63,966 nt of DNA, filler included, from Salisapilia sapeloensis CBS 127946 (GCA_023334545.1; 4 parts of 4 records of this genome joined end to end with filler, not necessarily neighbours in it), one strand, 5' to 3'. Shown: positions 10,238 to 21,489, counted from the whole stretch's first letter. Program-made: numbers and translations. Notes: generated by a model from the letters alone, not told the origin.

Positions 10238-12621
10238 ATGGCGCTTAATGTCGAGTTTGATGGCCGTTCAAAGCGTGTACCAGTGACACCAGGCACTACA
10301 ATGGTTCGTATAGCTATTCCTTATATTCACTCTATCATCAGACCTGAAAATTATGTCTGTCGGAGTACAGTTTCAGGTGCTCGAAGCAGCTTGTAGCAAG
10401 TTCGGACTATCGAGGCCACCATCTTCCTACCAGTTGACACATCGGAGGCAACCGATCGACATGTCTATCCCATTTCGACTTACAGGCATTTCCAATAACG
10501 CTACGTTGGAATTGAAAGAAAGCACAAACAACAAGGGCAATACGGCGTCCAATACCACCATCCGAGTCGCGGTGCAGTTACTTACTGGGCAACGTGTACA
10601 GTCCTCTTTCTCAAGCAATACAACCATCAGCTATATCCTGTCAACACTTGAGATACCAGCTTCATCGAAATCCAACTTTGCTTTGGGCTTTTTGCATCAG
10701 GAGATCTCTCCAGAGAATTTCGAGACAACAACGTTGAAAGACTTGGGACTGTTGCAAGGCTCTGCCATGTTCCGCATGAAGTCTATTGAACGAGAATTAT
10801 ATGCTCCAGCGGTCCCGACAGCATCTGCAAGGTCGCCTCCACCTGGTCCAGCTTCTCCAGACGCGAAGCAATCCTCAGAAGCGGATGAAAAGGCTGTAAA
10901 GTTTGCACGAGAAGACCAAACGATTGGAACATCAGCTGGCGTAGAAATAAAGAGTGCTCCACCTCTTCCAGCATCTTTAGACTCAAAGCCAGTCGTGGAG
11001 GACGAAAAGAAGGCTGTACAGTTTGCATCTACAGAGCAAACGATCGGGACGTCAGCTGGAGTTGAACTGGAGAGCTCATCACCTACGGAGCCACCATATG
11101 AGATAGATGAACCGATGGACAAGGAGATGAGCAGTTATGATGCTCTTCAGCTGATTCGTGACAGTCAGTTCGACGCTTCTTCTAAACGATCTGTCCTGAC
11201 GCTTTCCAAGATCGTTGCCAATATCCTTTCATACCCTGGTTTGTTTCACATATCACCAAAATATATAATCAACAACTTTCTAACTCGTATCGACTAGACA
11301 ACGAGAAAATGCGGTCCATTAGGCTGACAAATAAGGCCTTTCGTCGAGACGTAAGGGACGTAAAGGGAGGACTAGAGTTTTTGTGCACTTTAGGCTTTGC
11401 CATTAATCGACAGACGGAGAAAATTGAGCTCCTGGAGCTATCGCCACAAGTGGTGGAGAAACTACAGGAAGGTTTTAAGTGGTTGCAGGATGAAGCGGAT
11501 GATCTCGGGATTGATGCTGGTGACCGCCCAGAAGTCGTAAAGCCGGCGGAAGGGGACCCGAACTTTGATGTTTTCCATTCTCAAATTACTCGATTCCAAG
11601 TAAGTAGTATAAAAGTACGAATCATATGAAGATGATACGAACTAGATGTGTACAGATGCAACCAAGAGGGCCAAGTGCGACTGAAGCTCAGCTGGAAGAG
11701 CTCAAGTCCAAGCAGGAAAAGCTTATTCCGTCCGATTTACCTCCTCGTAACACAATGGTCTTTTTAGACGGTGTGCCACACAGCAGTGCATCCTCTTTCA
11801 TGGAAAATGAGGCACAAGGTAGTGACTCTCAACTACTTGTTTCTAGTCTTAAGCACAAGCAGTCAGAATTGGAGAAAGCGAACGTACAAATAATACACTT
11901 ATCTCGATGTACATGCTGCAAACTGACCTCATGGCTGTAGAAATTCCAAACGAAAGCGATGCGAGAGTTAGATGAATTAAAACGGAAGAAGGTGTATCAG
12001 AAGACACTCATTCGTATTCAATTCCCAGATCGAGGTATCTTATTATCTATACCATGCCGTCCTACCCTCTTATATATTTCGTCCGTTCTAGTGATACTGC
12101 AAGCATATTTCCATCCGAATGAAAAGGTAGCAGACGTAGAAGCGTTTGTTAAAGAGAGCTTGGCGCCATCCGCACAATACGCCTTTTACTTGTACGTGAC
12201 GCCACCTCGACAGCGCCTGGACTCTGCCAAGTCACTCTCGGACCTTCAGCTTGTACCTGCTGCCCATACATACCTAAGTTGGCATGACTCTCCACCAACT
12301 TCATCAAGTGATCTGCCTGGCTCGTATCTCCTTCCTGAGCTGGTAACAACTGGACGTTAAATCACTTGATAGCAAGTCACTAAGCATGTCCATAGACGAC
12401 GACAGAAGAAGCTGATGCCAAGTCGTCCACTGCGGATGTGGTTGCTTACCCGACCTCGGTGCCTCTCAGTACCTATTTATTATCTCTAGTATCTTGTATT
12501 CTTCTAATAACCATTCGTAGCGCAAGAAGAAAAAGCAGAGGCTAAAAAGGAGACAAAGTCAGAGTCCAAGGCGTCAAGCAAAAGCAAGAGTGGGAAGAAG
12601 CCAGGATGGCTCAAGCTCTAA
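10238..12621 (+). CDS. ASPSCR1: TUG/ASPSCR1-like p97 (Cdc48) adaptor with UBL1, UBL2, PUB and UBX domains, multi-exon
   Basis: Exon 1 MALNVEFDGRSKRVPVTPGTTM spliced to FQVLEAACSKF...IPFRLTGISNNATLEL (TUG UBL1). PUB-like KIVANILSYP...MRSIRLTNKAF...GGLEFLCTLGF. UBX KTLIRIQFPD...FYLYVTPP. C-terminus KKPGWLKL*. Confidence 0.85.
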
Positions 12622-12674
12622 ATGGTCTTCAAGGAACGAGTTCATTTCCAAAGCCTACACTAGGTCCACCCCTT

Positions 12675-15131
12675 CTACTTGTTCGCCTTCCTTCGCACAC
12701 GCTTTTCATACAAGTGTTTTCGACGTAAAAAGTCTCGTCCGGCAATTGCATTGCGTGCCAAGAAGAGACGAGATACTTTAGCCCATGCCAACTCGCGTTT
12801 TGCTGGTCCTTGTCGTACTACCGACTTGTTCGTGATCTTGAGGTCACCAATGGCAATCTGACTTGTCTGGTTCAACCGCTTCACCGTCGCCTTCTCTTCC
12901 TTCACTTGCATCGTCCGACCCACCGTTTCCATTCGCTTCTTACGTCGAAGCTTCTCTTGCCTCGTCAGTTTCTCCGGCGTCTCGGCAAAGGTCTTTAGCT
13001 TGTCCGGTGCCATCGTACCTCGACACTTGCGAGAACCACATTGACACTTCCACTCAAGAGCTTCTCGTGTATGGAACTGATAGTCATACGACAGTTCTTC
13101 TCCGACTTCAATGTCTCTTAACGCCGTGATCGCAATGCGGTTCATGCCTTTCACTCGCCACTTGACCAAATGGCAGTTGGGTTCACACGAGTGATTGATG
13201 AAGCGAGACTCGTTCCCTTTAAAACGAGCGTCAATGTACACTCCCTTCTCCAACTCCATGATGTACATGTTCTTATCATCCGGACAGTTCTGTGCATGAC
13301 TTTGGAGTCGACGCTCCTTCTCGTCTTCTAGAATGACTTCCCCAATGTACTCCATCACGAGTTTATTCGCAGGAATATATTCGCTCGCGACGAGTCCCCA
13401 TCCTTTACCTTGCGTCTCCACTCGCTTCGTGTCTGCATACAGCTTTTGATGCAACGCTCGGTTACCACAATCGACGCCGAGTTTACAATTCGACTCCTTG
13501 GTCTGTTTGCTGATAGGAATGCTCGGATCTAATGCCGGACCAAAGCATTCCGTGTATGAAATACGGTTGATACAATCATCACCGCACGACCGTCCACATA
13601 TACACATAGGGGAGTCTTCCAGAGACACCTTGGAAGGCTTAAACGTGTACATATTCCGTCTGAGCTTTTGGTACGTCGGCGGTTTCGACTTGTACGTGTC
13701 CAAGAGTTCAGACGGAAGACGAAAGTGATGCGCATCCTCTGCATCCTTCACATCTGGAGGCGAAGATGGGAGGAAGAGAGCTGGAAAGTGTAAGTTAAAG
13801 TCTACCGTGATGATGTCCACGCCGACTTGGAGTAAGTAGTCTGGGATTGTCGGCAAATCCGCATTTGGATGCTTTGAACACAACAGTCCGATCGTATTGT
13901 ATCGAGCGCTGGGAGGTACACATTGCGGATGGTACGATTCAGGGCACTTTAGACAGTACATGTACTCTTTGCTACGCTTGCTATCTTCACAGACGAGACA
14001 TTCGTGACGTGGGCATCGAAAGGGAGCGTCATAGCTCATATCTTTATCCACTGGCGCATGCAATGGCGTCGGCTTTCCGCCTTTAAACCGACGCGAGAGA
14101 GGGTGTTCATCAATACAGCTCTGATGGTAAAATTTACCACATCCAGGCACGGCACATTTGAATACGCCTGCTTTTTCATTAATAGATCCGTTGCGACCAC
14201 ACGCGAAACAAAACTGTTCATTCGTTCGACATTGCTCACATACCCAATTGTCTTCTTCTGGAGGCCCCTCGAGTCCGAGACACCCGAGGTGCGAGTACGT
14301 GAGGCACCCGCCTTCACAAAAGACGAGATCTGTTAATTGTTCATCCTCGATTTCACCACAGATGGTACATAAATCCGCTTCTTCGAATTGTTTCAAAGGG
14401 AGCTTCGTCGACTTGGGCTTGGATTCTGTTTTGGCCTTCTTCTTTATCTGTGGCGCGCCATTATTCGTCAAGCGACGTGTAATCTTTCGACCGGAACGAG
14501 TATGTCCAGATGGAACGTATTGAGGTGCAAGGTCCTTGTCGTCGTCAGCGACTTCGCCGCTTGGTCCAACATCCTCGCCCCGGACCATGCGCAACTTGCG
14601 ATCTAACTTTTCATCTTGAGTCGCTTCCCGACTGCGCTTGAGTTTAGCCTGTCGCTCGTCATGTTCTTCCCACTTGTCCTTTGCTTCCGTACCTCGCTTT
14701 GCAAGTCGCATGAGCTTCTTTCGTTTTATGAATTCGTCTTCACGAGATCCCCAGCCCATGTAGTGAATGGTAAATCCTTCGTCCGATATATGGACGATAC
14801 GAGCTGGAAACCATTTTTCTTGGACGATGCAATAAGCATCTATATCTTCATTCTCGTTAAAGGAGATCTCGTCCTGGTCTTTTGAAACGTTCGAAGCCGT
14901 ATCGGATGCGGTTTTTTGCTTCTTAAAAGGTGATGGCGATGATACGTTCTCTGGATCGGTGTCTACCGTCTTTTTAGAGCTAGCAGTTTTTGATTCGATG
15001 CTATTGCCATTCTCCGCTGGTCGTGATCTCTTTGATGACGAGTCGACGGACGACTCGGTTGGTGTGAAGCTAGCGTCTAGCGTGGTTTGAGATAAAGATT
15101 TCTGCTCCACATTCGATTCTTTCGATGCCAT
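12675..15131 (-). CDS. NSD/ASH1-class histone H3K36 methyltransferase: chromo-barrel/Tudor-knot, PHD fingers, AWS, SET, post-SET
   Basis: HYMGWGSREDE chromo-barrel; several C4HC3-type zinc fingers; KGWGL; EYIGEV; IDARFKGNESRFINHSCEPNC; GEELSYDYQ; post-SET CQCGSRKCRG. Confidence 0.92.
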   Translation of the reverse strand: MASKESNVEQKSLSQTTLDASFTPTESSVDSSSKRSRPAENGNSIESKTASSKKTVDTDPENVSSPSPFKKQKTASDTASNVSKDQDEISFNENEDIDAYCIVQEKWFPARIVHISDEGFTIHYMGWGSREDEFIKRKKLMRLAKRGTEAKDKWEEHDERQAKLKRSREATQDEKLDRKLRMVRGEDVGPSGEVADDDKDLAPQYVPSGHTRSGRKITRRLTNNGAPQIKKKAKTESKPKSTKLPLKQFEEADLCTICGEIEDEQLTDLVFCEGGCLTYSHLGCLGLEGPPEEDNWVCEQCRTNEQFCFACGRNGSINEKAGVFKCAVPGCGKFYHQSCIDEHPLSRRFKGGKPTPLHAPVDKDMSYDAPFRCPRHECLVCEDSKRSKEYMYCLKCPESYHPQCVPPSARYNTIGLLCSKHPNADLPTIPDYLLQVGVDIITVDFNLHFPALFLPSSPPDVKDAEDAHHFRLPSELLDTYKSKPPTYQKLRRNMYTFKPSKVSLEDSPMCICGRSCGDDCINRISYTECFGPALDPSIPISKQTKESNCKLGVDCGNRALHQKLYADTKRVETQGKGWGLVASEYIPANKLVMEYIGEVILEDEKERRLQSHAQNCPDDKNMYIMELEKGVYIDARFKGNESRFINHSCEPNCHLVKWRVKGMNRIAITALRDIEVGEELSYDYQFHTREALEWKCQCGSRKCRGTMAPDKLKTFAETPEKLTRQEKLRRKKRMETVGRTMQVKEEKATVKRLNQTSQIAIGDLKITNKSVVRQGPAKRELAWAKVSRLFLARNAIAGRDFLRRKHLYEKRVRRKANK

Positions 15132-15644
15132 CGTGATTGCAAACGATGTAGGAGATGGTAGGAAGAGTCTAGGAAGGAGGGCTCACGAGGTAAAGTGGGC
15201 AGCTCGAGCGTGTCGTGAAACCAGTAGCACGTTGGCTGGAGCTTTTCGCGCCAAGTGTATCTATCACAGTAGAATTATCCTACTATACGTCTCTCAAGTG
15301 GTTACAAGTAAAAGTAACATGTACTATATGTAGGAATCAAGAGTCATCGACTATCTTTAACAAAGTATATTCTGAAACGTATCGTATTATTAACGAATCC
15401 TTGATTCGTATATTTAAACTTCTATCACTGCAACGAATTATGAAATGGGCTGTTTCAAAGTTAAAAATGGCGCGAAAACCAATCAAACGCTCGATGCAGA
15501 CACCTTGACCCACACGTTAGTACGTTGAATATCAGAGCGTTCTACGAGACAACAGACCAGGAGGTTGAATACAATAAAGAGACGACAGACGTCTTTCATT
15601 TCTTTCCTTATTCAAAGTGCAAGCAAAAAACGCAACCAAATAGT

Positions 15645-16391
15645 TTACTTCTTGGCCTTGGACTTGGCCGCCGTCTTCTTCGTTGCCGTCTTCTTGGCCG
15701 CAGGCTTCTTGGCAGGCGCCTTCTTCACAGTTGTCTGCTTCTTGGCAGTAGACGACACCTTTTTCGTCGGGGCCTTCTTCTTCGCCACAGCCTTCTTGGT
15801 CGACGCAGCAGACTTCTTGGCCGTCGTCGTCTTTGTCGCACTCTTTGCAGCAGTCTTCTTTGGCGTTTTCACGGCAGTCTTTGGCTTCTTGGCTGCCTCC
15901 TTCTTCAACTGAGCGCCAAGCTTGTACGAAGCCTTGACTTGTACGAGCTTACCGTTCTCAACGGCGCTACGCAGGACGCGGTTGAGCATGTGGTTCATGT
16001 AGTCATCCTTCTTGCGCTCCTCCACGTAACGCTGGATTAGCTGACGGGAAGTACCGGATCGCTCGTTGTAGTGCTGAATGGCTTCCACGATTAGTTCCAT
16101 GTACGTCGGGCCACCGTCCGTGGAGGCCGTCACCTTCTTCTTGCTCGCAACCTTCTTGGGTTTCTTCGCCACAGCAGCCTTACGAGGTGGAGGGGCGCTT
16201 GCTTGACGCTTGGCTACCTCAGCAGCACGCATGGCCTGTGTCTTCGCCTTTCGCTTCGGGGCACTACGGGTCGGAGTCGTGGCAGCTTTCGGCGTCGAAG
16301 ATTTGGCAGACTTATCTTCCACGGGCGCCGTGTCAGTAACGATGACAGTCGTCTCGACCGTCTTGGTCACAACAGGAGTTTCTTCACTCAT
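15645..16391 (-). CDS. H1: Linker histone H1 with winged-helix globular domain and Lys/Ala-rich tail
   Basis: PTYMELIVEAI...ERSGTSRQLIQRYV...LRSAVENGKLVQVKASYKL, followed by a K/A/T-rich tail. A CCAAT box lies upstream (ATTGG at 16546-16550). Confidence 0.93.
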   Translation of the reverse strand: MSEETPVVTKTVETTVIVTDTAPVEDKSAKSSTPKAATTPTRSAPKRKAKTQAMRAAEVAKRQASAPPPRKAAVAKKPKKVASKKKVTASTDGGPTYMELIVEAIQHYNERSGTSRQLIQRYVEERKKDDYMNHMLNRVLRSAVENGKLVQVKASYKLGAQLKKEAAKKPKTAVKTPKKTAAKSATKTTTAKKSAASTKKAVAKKKAPTKKVSSTAKKQTTVKKAPAKKPAAKKTATKKTAAKSKAKK

Positions 16392-16528
16392 CTTGTTTTT
16401 CTACTTATTCTGCGGGTAGATCGGCTCTTGCTCCTCCGGGGTGATTTCTATTGTAAATCCCAGCTGAATAATTGTGCAGCTGAAAGTTTTGATGCTATTT
16501 CAAAAAGACGCAAATATTCAGAGTTTGG

Positions 16529-17207
16529 TCATTCCTCGCAATTTGATTGGCGGAGTTTTAACCTGCTAAAACGAATTCGGGCTAAGGGTATTATATATAA
16601 AGATGTACATTTTGTAAGCAGCTCTATGAAGTCCTGTCCTCTCAACTCGTGTAGCTCCAACGTACCCTTCACATCCATGTACTTGACGATTCCTTTTTCA
16701 AAGGCATCCATACCAACTCGCAGCACTCGTTCTGGAGGTGGGAAGTCCGGTTCACCAACATAGAGCAAGTGCACTTGCTTTCCTTCTGCTTCTAGCTGCT
16801 TGGTCATGCCGTTGATGACGACTGTCTTGGACGATGGAACACGACTGAGGAGCGGGTTGAGCGTATATTTGACTGCCATAGTTAGCTCCTTTATTTTCTT
16901 CACCGGAGCTTGTTCGAACTGAGACTCGACAGTGTCGAGGGCTTCACGGAACTTTTGGACCTGCTGCTTGGAGTTCGGATTGAACGTGTGGAGATCTCGG
17001 AAGAGTTCGAGCGAGTCTTTGCACGTGTCTTCCACGAGACGCGCGAGGTTTTTGAAGCCACGCGTATCGATCGGAGTATTTTGAACACCCTGTTGACTGA
17101 GCACACGACCGGTAAAGTGCGTGAGAAACTGACTGCTCGCAGCGTATTCGTCATGCTGCTCACACGTCATGTCGAGCATCTGACAGGCCTCAACTTCAAA
17201 GATACGA
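16529..17207 (-). CDS. Partial fusion: C-terminal part of a plant-type arogenate/prephenate dehydrogenase followed by the N-terminus of a class Ib (prephenate/aspartate) aminotransferase. 5' end cut by the gap; 3' end truncated, possibly a pseudogene.
   Basis: MTCEQHDEYAASSQFLTHFTGR...NTPIDTRGF...DSLELF...NPNS (TyrAa dimerisation region), then LNPLLSRVPSSKT...VGEPDFPPP...KYMDVKGTLEL. Similarity is lost after that and the frame stops at 16529. Confidence 0.75.
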
Positions 17208-17307
17208 NNNNNNNNNNNNNNNNNNNNNNNNNNNNNNNNNNNNNNNNNNNNTTAATTAATTAANNNNNNNNNNNNNNNNNNNNNNNNNNNNNNNNNNNNN
17301 NNNNNNN
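17208..17307. other. Artificial contig spacer (N44-TTAATTAATTAA-N44)
   Basis: Exactly 100 nt with a six-frame stop 12-mer at 17252-17263; identical spacers occur at 42567 and 62768. Confidence 0.97.
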
Positions 17308-19653
17308 AAGAAATAGGTCTAATGGTTTGGAATGAACGTATCGTTATTTGCTGAAAGTATCCTTCTTGTCATTTCTTTAAAGCTTCTTCGTGTACAAATT
17401 GTGTTTCCTCATCGCAAGGTTACCGTGTTAACAGAGCGAATACATCTTTACAAGCGCAACGTTAGATTTCAGGCATTGCACGGTTCATATTCCTACATCC
17501 GCCGTGAGCAAGTCTGTGCAGTGTTCGCTGTCGACGCTCACAAGATGGAAACTTGGATTAACATGTCTTCGATCGTGATATCCACTACTTTATAATATCC
17601 GTATTATTTGAGATGCTGCGAGGAGTACGAGTTGGATAGATCTAGATTTGCAGGCAAATTCATGGATTTAGATGGCAAGACACAATGATAGAACGAATAG
17701 ATGTTTTTGTCTCTCCACTACTTTCTAATAGAAACCTACTGACGAGTTCATCATCTCTACTGGATGTCGCTATGCAGCACAATTCAATGGGCGGTTCTAG
17801 CAGAGCTTACTTGACTCGTACTAACTTACTTCCACTTCCTTCGGCAACTGCCTTGTAGCACTACAAACACGCATCCGGCGAATGCACGCTTGCGACAAGT
17901 ATGGGGGTGAATTTCGTCCGGGCGTGTGCGCAGAGACCCGAGGCTGCATGCGCAGGTCCGTTACGCACGTCAAACGATCTCAAAGACAGTTGCGATGTGG
18001 ATTTGGAGCCTACTGCCTGGGTTGACGTTACTGATGGACTGACCCCTACTGTGTCTAATGATAGCTAGAACTTTGGCTCATGCCGACAATACTTTCTTAA
18101 TCGGAGCAAACATCCACGGTTCCTTTCGTATGTAAATGCAGCTCTGCATTAGACCCAGAAGCATTCGTTGCAACGATACCTGCCGTACTCAAGAAGGATT
18201 TGAAATTGATTGATCGACAGACAGCTCACTTCTTACCAAGTGACATGTTAACAGATCTGGAAAAGAATGCAAAAGATACAAGTCAGGCCGACGAGACAAG
18301 CTTTGCACACACGGAACGATGCACGTCATAATAGATCAAGCTCAAATTCTGTGACTATTATACGAACATTTGTGGTTAATATGTTTCAAAAAACGTACGA
18401 AGATAGTGCGCGACTTATGATGCTAGTTTACACTAACGCAATCGATAGTAAGGATGGGTCGGCACTACAGTATTATACCAAAAATCCTCTGTCGACTAGA
18501 GTGGATCTGCGTTTAACTCTGTCTTCTCAATCTCTATCGATTTATGTATCCCTTTGACCCGATCGCTGCACTCTCCTGCTCACTGGTTTTGCTACACCAA
18601 TTTGCAAATCTTTTTGACTTCAAGCAAGAGTTTGTAGAGCATATCATTTGTACTCGCAAGGCATATCGAATCTTGAACTTCATGATATAATCAGACGCTT
18701 AGATCGAGCTACATCTTCGTGTATCCACGCACGGTCTACGAATCACTCTTTATTTCCATCAGGAATGCGGCAATATCTTCCATATGACCAGCACTTCACG
18801 CATGCATCTTTCTTCTGGGTACAATGCAGATGCGGCGTGTTCGAGATGACGTCGACGACTTGTAGGCTCATCACCAAATATCTGATGTCTATTTTCCTTC
18901 TACCAGATCTTTAATCAGATTGGGATTTGAAGACGAAAAGAAGAGTAGGTAGACAGGTAGGATATCATGAGCATGAATATGGCGATTAATATTAATTAAG
19001 AACTATTTTTATATATTTTTATTTTTGAAACAAGTACTATTAAATAGCTTGTACTACATCAGCTTCATTAACTTAATACGCAATGACTAGCATTCACTCC
19101 TAGTCAGAAGGGTTTGGTTGGAAACAAACTGATTTATGCATGCACATAGGCGTTAATCCGCTAATGTCCCAATCGTTCGACAATCCACATATATCTATTG
19201 ACTGCAGAGTTTTATCTTCCTAATCTCCCTCTATCCTTTTTGCATTTCTGATTATCCAAGCGACCAGTAGCTGCCAGACACACTTGAAGTCATTCAGCAT
19301 CGTCAAACGCGATCACGCTGTCTATAAAGGCTGACTACAGTGACGCTGAAGGGTAGAAAGGTAAAGTCAACGCTCAAATCTAGTCTGCGCTCGACTTGCC
19401 TTCTTTCTATTCGACTCCGCCGACGCCAAATGTCTCCTTACACCATACTCCCTAGAGTTGCTATCATAGACTATTTCTTCTAGCTCTGTGCATATCGCAT
19501 CCTGCTTTGCGCGGCGCTACGAGTATCTAAACGACATGACTAATAAATTATGTTTCATCGAACAACACATCGCATCGCACAGCACCATCGTTTACCAGAA
19601 ACAACAACAAAGATCCAAAAGCAGGTCCATTCATGCACCTTTATAAACCAACT

Positions 19654-21489
19654 TTACTTCCTCGGTCGCTGTCGACACACTCGAGCAGCAATAATCGTAA
19701 TGTCATCTGGCATGCCACCTCCCCACATCAAATCATTTTCTTTCGCCAATCGCGCAAACGGCGAGTCGACCGTCGAATCTAAACTCAACTCCCTCGCTTT
19801 CGCCACCAACTTGCGCGTCAGCACTTCCACACTCTCCTCCTTCTTATTCGTAACGTCGCTCACAAGATCCAACAACGTCTCTTCCTCCACATTATCAAAC
19901 AGTCCGTCCGTCGCCAAGATAATCAAGTCTCCTTCCCCCACAGGCACACGCAGCTTGACGCTATCCCCCGGCGTCTCGAACAACGGATTCTCACTCATGT
20001 AGCTATCCGTCCCTCTCTCCTCCGCTAGTTCCTTCTGGACAGATGAAGGAGCAAAACCCAATTGATACGGACAGTTAAAGTAGTGCAGTTGCTGCGGACT
20101 ACGGTAGCTAATGTGTGCTCCTTTACGACGTCCAGCGGGTGTCAAGTCACTCTCGCGGTCGCGAATACGACGGTGGAGAGAGCCATCGAGTGTCCCTCGC
20201 TGTCTCGCGCTCTCCAAGTCCGACTGTCTGTCGCGAATGATGAGGAAGCCAGAGTCACCCAAGTTCACGGCGTGGAGCTCGCCTGACGCTGGATCAAGCG
20301 ACAGGATACACGCTGTGCTACTCCCGACGATCTCCTCTTGTAGGACCGAGTTCCAGGCTGCATGAAGGAGATCCGCAGGATTGATGTACAGCAACGACAT
20401 GTTCGTGCTCGGGTTTTTACTTGGTTTCGAATGTTTCTTTGCTTTGTATAGTTGAGACTGATAGAAAACACGTAACGCTTGATGCGCTTGCTCCATAAGC
20501 TTGGTTGCGTATAACTTGGCGCTCACACCTTTTTCAAACCATGAACCGACACCGTCAGCTACACCAAACGACAGGACATTCGTCGGGCCTGTACTCTGCT
20601 CTGCTGTGAACGTGTCTTCAGACGTAGATGGAGGTGTCTGTTGGTCTAAAGTACCCATAAAATAGGCATCTTCGCCTCCTGTTTCTTCCTTTTGCGGATG
20701 AGGAATCGACAGAGCATACGCGTGGAGGTAGTAGGCAAACTCTGGCTGACGTTTCGTACGAGACTCGTCGTCGTTAAGAAGCGTATTGGACGGAAGACCC
20801 TTGCGAGGTAGGATAAGGTTGATGTAGTCGGATTTGGCGCTGTGTGACTCGTTATCGTTCTGAGCGTCTTGGCGATGGAGGAGAGATGCAATGTCTGTGA
20901 GAGAGACAGTGCCTAGCAATCGGTCTCCTTCTAATACTGGCAGCTCTCCTCTTCCAGACAATGCCATGACAGCTCGACAATTTTCTAACGAATCGTCTGG
21001 AGAGACGTGCAGGACGTCTCGAATGGGCATGCAGATATCTTTCACACTCGTCTTCCAGTTCGTTATATCTTCCCCACTCATCTTAGCAATCTGTTCCATG
21101 ACGACGTGGTTCGTTAATAACCCGACGACTTTTTCACTTTCATTCAAAACAACTAAAATGGAGGAATTATAATTTTTCGCGAGAGACTGCACGGCCGTCG
21201 CGAGAGAGTCGTCTTGGAGTATATAATTCGTCTGTTTCGACCGGAATTGTTTAGACACAGCCAGCAAGTCTGCGACTGTCGAGGGTGGCTTCAGCACTTC
21301 CTCAGCATTGGTACTAGGCGCGCTGGAGAAGGATTGCTGGATACAGCGACTCAATGGGCCATTGCGTACACGATAGCGAACACTAGATGTACGAGTAGGA
21401 GGTAGTGTACTTAGGGAGAGTAGTCGGACCTGTTTTCTAGTCGTATGAGCCGCCAGTCGTGGAGATAAGCGCACGTATAGCGCTCGCAT
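19654..21489 (-). CDS. PTC7: PTC7-family PP2C phosphatase with an N-terminal CBS-domain pair and a likely mitochondrial presequence
   Basis: Arg/Ser/Leu-rich acid-poor N-terminus. CBS-like VVLNESEKVVGLLT and LPVLEGDRLLGTVSLTDI. PTC7 motifs IPHPQK...GGEDAYF, GVADGVGSW, GSSTAC, NLGDSGF, QLHYFNCPYQLG, ATDGLFDNV, PDDITII. Confidence 0.88.
   Translation of the reverse strand: MRALYVRLSPRLAAHTTRKQVRLLSLSTLPPTRTSSVRYRVRNGPLSRCIQQSFSSAPSTNAEEVLKPPSTVADLLAVSKQFRSKQTNYILQDDSLATAVQSLAKNYNSSILVVLNESEKVVGLLTNHVVMEQIAKMSGEDITNWKTSVKDICMPIRDVLHVSPDDSLENCRAVMALSGRGELPVLEGDRLLGTVSLTDIASLLHRQDAQNDNESHSAKSDYINLILPRKGLPSNTLLNDDESRTKRQPEFAYYLHAYALSIPHPQKEETGGEDAYFMGTLDQQTPPSTSEDTFTAEQSTGPTNVLSFGVADGVGSWFEKGVSAKLYATKLMEQAHQALRVFYQSQLYKAKKHSKPSKNPSTNMSLLYINPADLLHAAWNSVLQEEIVGSSTACILSLDPASGELHAVNLGDSGFLIIRDRQSDLESARQRGTLDGSLHRRIRDRESDLTPAGRRKGAHISYRSPQQLHYFNCPYQLGFAPSSVQKELAEERGTDSYMSENPLFETPGDSVKLRVPVGEGDLIILATDGLFDNVEEETLLDLVSDVTNKKEESVEVLTRKLVAKARELSLDSTVDSPFARLAKENDLMWGGGMPDDITIIAARVCRQRPRK

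Noticed and set aside
15525-16419. Hydrophobic FLAA/LLGRR-repeat ORFs resembling membrane proteins
   Set aside because: They are antisense frames of the Lys/Ala-rich histone H1 tail.
17208-17307. Palindromic TTAATTAATTAA recurring three times as a biological motif or recombination site
   Set aside because: It is always centred in exactly 44+44 Ns and gives stops in all six frames, so it is a contig-concatenation linker.
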